Below, piece by piece: positions 56,440 to 64,000 of a DNA stretch of 64,000 nt; position 1 is the stretch's first letter; the number at the start of each line of letters is the position of its first letter. Under the pieces are notes generated by a model. That model did not search any database. It saw only the letters and a program-made list of their open reading frames with translations, and had not been told where the DNA came from. The position numbers and the translations under genes were made by a program. The DNA is from the human T2T-CHM13v2.0 reference genome, Homo sapiens: assembly GCF_009914755.1 (NCBI RefSeq), contig NC_060925.1; one strand, 5' to 3'.

Positions 56440-56936
56440 TGTATTCTGAGTTAATGTATGTGTCTGGTTATTCTATGGTTTTCCCCCAGATTCATTCTCT
56501 CTCCCCACAACTCCCAGTTCTCTACTCATTTCTATACTCTAAGGATTTGCTGCCTCCTACTAACCACATTGCCAGGACTCCCTTGCCATCTGGCTTCTAG
56601 TTGATTTTAGCAGCAGATCAGAAGGTGGGAAGAGAGAGGGAACAAAATGATTCTGCCCTTGCTCACTGCTTCTGTACCATATACTGGGAAGCAAACTGGG
56701 AGGCCCAACTTCCTTGGCTTCAGCTTTTCATAGAGCTCTGGGTAATACCGTTTTCACTCCATATCCCTTAGGTTCTAGGGCAAGTAATGGCTTTTTACTC
56801 TTGCTACTCTCTGGGTGCCTCAACATCCATTGTTTGCTCTTTAATCTCACAACTTCTGTAAGTAGCTCCTTCATTAAAGTCTCTTCATTGCACCCTCTGC
56901 GTAAATTCTATTTTTTGCTTGGAACCTGACTGGTAT
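56440..56936 (+). mobile_element. LTR33-like ERVL solo LTR
   Basis: CCTTGCCATCTGGCTTCTAGTTG; CCCTTAGGTTCTAGGG; CTTCATTAAAGTCTCTTCA...CCTGACTGGTATA. Confidence 0.7.
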
Positions 56937-56992
56937 AGTCTGTGAAAGGGTTTCAAAACTATAGAGCACTATTGATAAAAATACAGGTCATT

Positions 56993-57300
56993 GGCCAGGC
57001 ACAGTGGCTCACAACTGTAATCCTAGCACTTCGGGAGGCCAAGGCCAGAGGATCACTTGAGGTCAGGAGTTCAAGACCGGCCTGCCAACATAGTGAAACC
57101 TTGTCTCTACTAAAAATACAAAAATTAGCCAGCGTGGTAGTATGCGCCTGTAGTCCCAGCTACTTGAAAGGCTGAGGTGAGAGGATCACTTCAGTCTGGG
57201 AGGAAGAGGTTGCAATGAGCCAAGATTGCATCACTGCACTCCAGCCTGGGTGACAGAGAGAGACTCCATCTCAAAACACGAAAAAGAAAAAGGTAAGGGG
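56993..57300 (+). mobile_element. AluSz/Sx-like
   Basis: Full dimer; CAGGTCAT repeated at both flanks. Confidence 0.96.
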
Positions 57301-57804
57301 GAAACCCAGGTCATCAAGTTATTATTTATTATTATTATGCCATATTTTCACCATCAATACTATATTCTGAAGTTTGCAAAACTTTTCTGGTTGTATCTAA
57401 ATATTGTACCAGCCCATAAATTTTTTAAAAAGTCAGAAACTGGTGATCAAGTTTACATAGAATAAAGGGCATCTGAGTCTAATGTGCTTCCTCTTTATAA
57501 ATTAAGAAATGATCAGAAAGTTAAACAGTTATCAGAATGGAAAAATTTCCTATCTGATAATGAAACTCTCTATCCTCAAGAAACAGGTGCCTACATGTGG
57601 AATAAGTAGATATTGTTTTTGTACAAATCTAAATAGGACTGTATCTGTGTTTGTGTGTATCTATCTATATACACATACACACATACGGTATTTTTTTAGC
57701 AAAAAGACAGTGGCAATTACTGCCACACACAGCCATTGTAGTGACTCATTTTATTTCTGGTATAAATATCTCATTTTGGAGGTAAGAATTTATATTCATT
57801 GTAA

Positions 57805-58121
<317 letters not shown>

Positions 58122-58318
58122 TATTCATTGTAAAATGTATTTGAACATTAGCAGTTTTTCATAAAAAGATCTCATGCTACTTACAATTACTTTTTAAAAA
58201 TAATGGTTTTTAAAATAAGAATAACCTTTTTCTCAATACATTCAGAAAAACCATGGTTATTACATGCACGTTAAAACTACTTTTGTGTCTGAGGAGTGAA
58301 CTTCTGGATGACTCCTAA

Positions 58319-59118
<800 letters not shown>

Positions 59119-59784
59119 AATGTCTTTGGAGCATTTTATGACATATTAAGATACTGGATATGTTTTAAAGATATTTTCATCTTTAAAACAATTTCCACAA
59201 TTTGAACATTGGGACACTAAGCATATTTCATGAACCTAGGATTGAAAGGTGGCCCCAGATTTGGTTCTGAAAAATTCTTGTAGAAACTGAAGTTTCTTCA
59301 CCTGGACTGCCCTGGGGGGTCGGCAGTCAGGAAACATTTTCCCTGATGCCATCCTTCATGGCTCAGTTAACATGCCTTGGATAAGGAGAAGTAAGAGGTG
59401 CACAGCTACTGGCAAGTTTTCCTTGTCACAACAAAAATATAATATTATAGTACCGGCAGCAACAAAGACTTATCCTATCTCCACCCCTCCAGTTAAAAAC
59501 AGTGGTTTGGATTTCAGGAGCTTCTCAGTTGACAAAACAAACATGAAGAGCCTTTGAAAAGTAGCTATTAACTTTAGGGTAAATGTGCTATGCAGATGAT
59601 GCATGCTTTTTCAGATCTGCTTCTCCACAATGAAATTCTTGGATTAAAATAAAATATTTACTCATGAGGGCAGAAATTGTGTTAATATTGCTTGCTGCCA
59701 TATCTTCTGCACATAGTAGGCACTTAATACATATTTTAGAGTAAATGGATCAACAACTTATGAATACACCTACTATTTAAAAAG

Positions 59785-60092
59785 AGCCTGGATTCAGTGG
59801 CTCACGCCTGTATTCCCAACACTTTAGGAGACTGAGGTGAGAGCATCCCTTGAGGCCAGGAATTCAAAGACAGCCTGGGCAGCACAGAAAGACCGTGTCT
59901 TTACAAAAAAGAGAACAGAAAAATTAACTGGGCATGGTGTGCACACTTGTATTCCCAACTACTTGGGAGGCTAAGGCAGGTGGATTGCTTGAGCCCGGGG
60001 GTTTAGGTTCCAGTGAGCTATTATCGCACCACCGCACTCCAGCCTGGGCAAGAGAGCAAGACCCTGTTTCTAAAAATAAATAAATACATAAG
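59785..60092 (+). mobile_element. AluJ
   Basis: Diverged dimer with an A tail. Confidence 0.94.
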
Positions 60093-60557
60093 AAACTTTA
60101 TATGAATAGAACTTTCTTCCAGAAAATTTTATTAAAAAGTGAGCAGTTTTTGCTTTTAGAGTGTATAGAATCTTTGAAACTTTTGGAAAGAAAATACATT
60201 TCAACAATTTCATCCTGTTTTGGATTTAGGGTTATTTGTTTCAACTATTTTTAACATACTGTATAATTTACTTGCTTATAATGTTGTCTATTTCTACGTG
60301 CTAGAAAGTGTTTTTCTTTTTTACTGCTCAAGTTGTAGCATAATATTTCCCTATTAAAGATAGCTCTTAAAAAGAATATATAGGATAGGACCATATTCTT
60401 AGTTATTTGCAGAGTTCCCAGAAGGTTTGAGCCCCAGTGAAATCTATTCCATTCCAAGAATAATTTCAGAGTGGGTTCTGGCTGAGCCTCTATCTTCTCG
60501 AATTCATGGTTCAAGAAGTTATTTATAGTATTTAATAAAACATTAAAGGTTTTCTTT

Positions 60558-60866
<309 letters not shown>

Positions 60867-61469
60867 TAAAACTACATTTTTGTATAATACCTACTTAAGT
60901 TTAATCCTTATTAAAAATGAACCAGTGGTGCTCGTGTTCCAAAAATCAGTTAGCTTGATGAAGATTATCTACAGAAAATACAAAAAATATTAAAGAGTAA
61001 AGTAGAACTGAGCAAAGAAAATCATTCTCCACAATTAGTTTCCTTTTCTGCTTTCATAGGTAAAAGATAGCACCTATGTAGCAGCTGGAGTCCTGCTTCT
61101 TATATAATTAATAAAGGCGTGGGTTCTTCACGAATTTTTTTCCAGGGGCCCTACAAGTTTTAGTAATAGCATTATAACTGGGTATAATTTTCTTCTCTGC
61201 AGAATACCATTTTCAGAGAAAAGTAATGGGACATTATCTGTCTTGTTGTAACAGCTGTAGTTATTTTACAAGCAAAAAAAAAAAAAAAAAAAGAGTAAAA
61301 TGTCTATTTTACCTAATTACTAGTCAAATATAATGACTCTTTATGCATGAATTCTGTTCTTGTGAATTTATTCTAGTATTGAAAAGACTGCCAGTAGTAA
61401 TTTTGGAACATACTTATATTGTTCAAATGTACATGTGATTGTAACTATGGACCTTATAGGCTTCAATCA

Positions 61470-62350
<881 letters not shown>

Positions 62351-62354
62351 CGTG

Positions 62355-62701
62355 GTTTTTTTCTCCTTCTCAGAAAGGAACATTTAATAGGGACCTACAG
62401 ACAGAAGTCATGATGTCTGGGTGGCCACAAAATGAGATGGCAGATCCCCACACCATTACCCATCCCACCTCCCCCAGACAGAGCGCTTATATACCATAGG
62501 AGAAGAATATGTAGCACAACTGAAGTACACTCTTTAGGGAAAGGCAAGAATGTTATGTGAATCTGCCTAAGGGGAAGATTTACAGTAAGTACATGCTCTT
62601 ACACAAGGAACAGTAGATAAAATAGAAATCTCAGAGGCCTTCCCAGAACAGGGGTTAATATGGAAGATCAGCATCTACGATCGAGTTGCTTTAGCCTCCA
62701 C
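62355..62701 (-). mobile_element. ERV1 LTR, MER39-like
   Basis: Reverse complement begins GTGGAGGCTAAAGCAACTC and contains ATTAACCCCTGTTCTGGGAAGGCCTC. Confidence 0.6.
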
Positions 62702-63585
62702 GCTCCATCCCACTAACGCAGCTCTTAGTTTCACATGCCCTCGTCTTCCGCAATGGCCCCTGGGCCGTTAGAGAGGGTGCTTGATATTGTATAGTTTTAG
62801 CAGCAGTGCATTGGCAGTGGAAAACAGATCTGGCCCAGTGGGATTTCAAATGAGGGAGATTCACAGGTTTGGTTGAATCATCTCTAGTCTTTGAAACTTT
62901 GGTTTTGTTGGAAGTAAAACAATGAAAGACACACAGCATTAATAATTTGATATAATACACACAAAGATTATAATCAAAAAAGAATTTGTATGCAAGAACA
63001 ACAACAAAAAAACCCCTTTTCCATTAGAAAGCCAACTAAAAGCATTGTTAAATGAAAACCAAAAATTAAAACCTGGTTCTTCTTAATTCAGGAAATAATT
63101 CAGGATTTAGCCCAAAGTATAGTCAAAAAATAAAAACTGAAAAACAATGGTCAGGGCTAGAATCTAAATTTTTCTCTCTCCAGTTTCTCCATTTATACCA
63201 AAGATAAATCATATAAGGACCAATTTATTTGCAAAATAAATTTTAGTCTATTGTACTTGGCCTGATTATTTGTATAAAATATAGCAAGAGTAGTTATAGG
63301 TCATATAGACTTTTAAGTTGGCTTTGCTGGAACTTTTATAAACAATTTTAAATTCAACTTTTTAAAAGCCCCAAGGCTAGAAGCCAAACCAAGAATTCAC
63401 CATCAGACTGTGCTTATAATACCTGTATGAATTCCTGTCTTCTTGTGGTCCCAAAATATCTTGAGCTTCCTGGGCTGGAAAGTGACATTCTTGGCTTATC
63501 ACAGGTCAGGAACTTTGTAAGGGAACTATTTAGACAAGGTACCAGGCCAGTCTTTCTATGGGGATTCTTATTGACTCTTTGAAGA
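62702..63585 (-). mobile_element. ERV1 (MER4-group) internal sequence
   Basis: CCAATTTATTTGCAAAATAA...ACTTGGCCTGATTATTTG...TTGGCTTTGCTGGAAC...GGTCCCAAAATATCTTGAG. Confidence 0.65.
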
Positions 63586-63587
63586 CA

Positions 63588-63750
63588 ATTGGAGCTTCTG
63601 GATAGATGAATACACGGAGGTTCCTGGAGGGTGGCATACCCAAGGAGGGAATGGAAGCTCCACATTCCTTCCCCCATACCTTGCCCTGCACGTCTCTTCA
63701 TCTGTATCCTTTGCAATGTCCTTTATTATAAGCCAGTAAATGTAAATGAG
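63588..63750 (+). mobile_element. MER21-like LTR fragment
   Basis: GGAGGTTCCTGGAGGGTGGC...ATGGAAGCTCCAC...CCCCATACCTTGCCCT...CTCTTCATCTGTATCCTTTG. Confidence 0.75.
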
Positions 63751-63960
63751 GTGTGTATAACTGTTTTAAGTTAAGAAACTTGTCCAAAGCCCTACAGCTA
63801 CTAAGCAGCTGGGCTGGAACTCAGGATTAACTCTGCCTGACTCCAAAGCCCATGCACCTCCATAGACCACACTACTCATGCAGCTTCACAAGGCTTTCAA
63901 AGTTCTGGAGTATGACACTTCTGCATTTGAAGCAGGATTCCTTTGAGATTCTCATCCATC

Positions 63961-64000
63961 AGAGACGGGTTCTTGCTATGTTGCCCTGACTGGTCTTGAA
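63961..64000 (-). mobile_element. Alu/FLAM fragment cut by the window edge
   Basis: AGAGACGGGTTCTTGCTATGTTGCCCTGACTGGTCTTGAA. Confidence 0.8.

Overview
This is primate (human-like) non-coding DNA, AT-rich and intronic or intergenic. I found no intact protein-coding exon, RNA gene or CpG island, and I could not identify a host gene. Most of the window is interspersed repeats: about 30 Alus, L1PA/L1M fragments, L2 and MIR relics, MaLR/ERVL/ERV1 LTRs and hAT/Tigger DNA transposons. Nearly all ORFs in the supplied track are Alu, L1 or microsatellite artefacts. The one non-transposon gene-derived sequence is a decayed, intronless processed pseudogene of EOLA1/EOLA2 (CXorf40A/B, ASCH domain). Its CDS relic is at 41381-41855 and the whole retrocopy at about 40852-42235, inserted into a MER119-like hAT element. 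The most unusual pattern is a set of locally templated insertions: four 110-165 bp segments copied from donors 1-4 kb away, with identities from about 85% to substitution-free. Two of them lie inside a single Alu (33290-34117). There are also several chained snap-back hairpin scars, a twin-primed 5'-inverted L1 and a ~775 bp TSD-flanked captured segment inside an L2. I see no evidence for a new coding system. Repeat subfamily names are recalled from consensus sequences, and the boundaries of old repeats are approximate.
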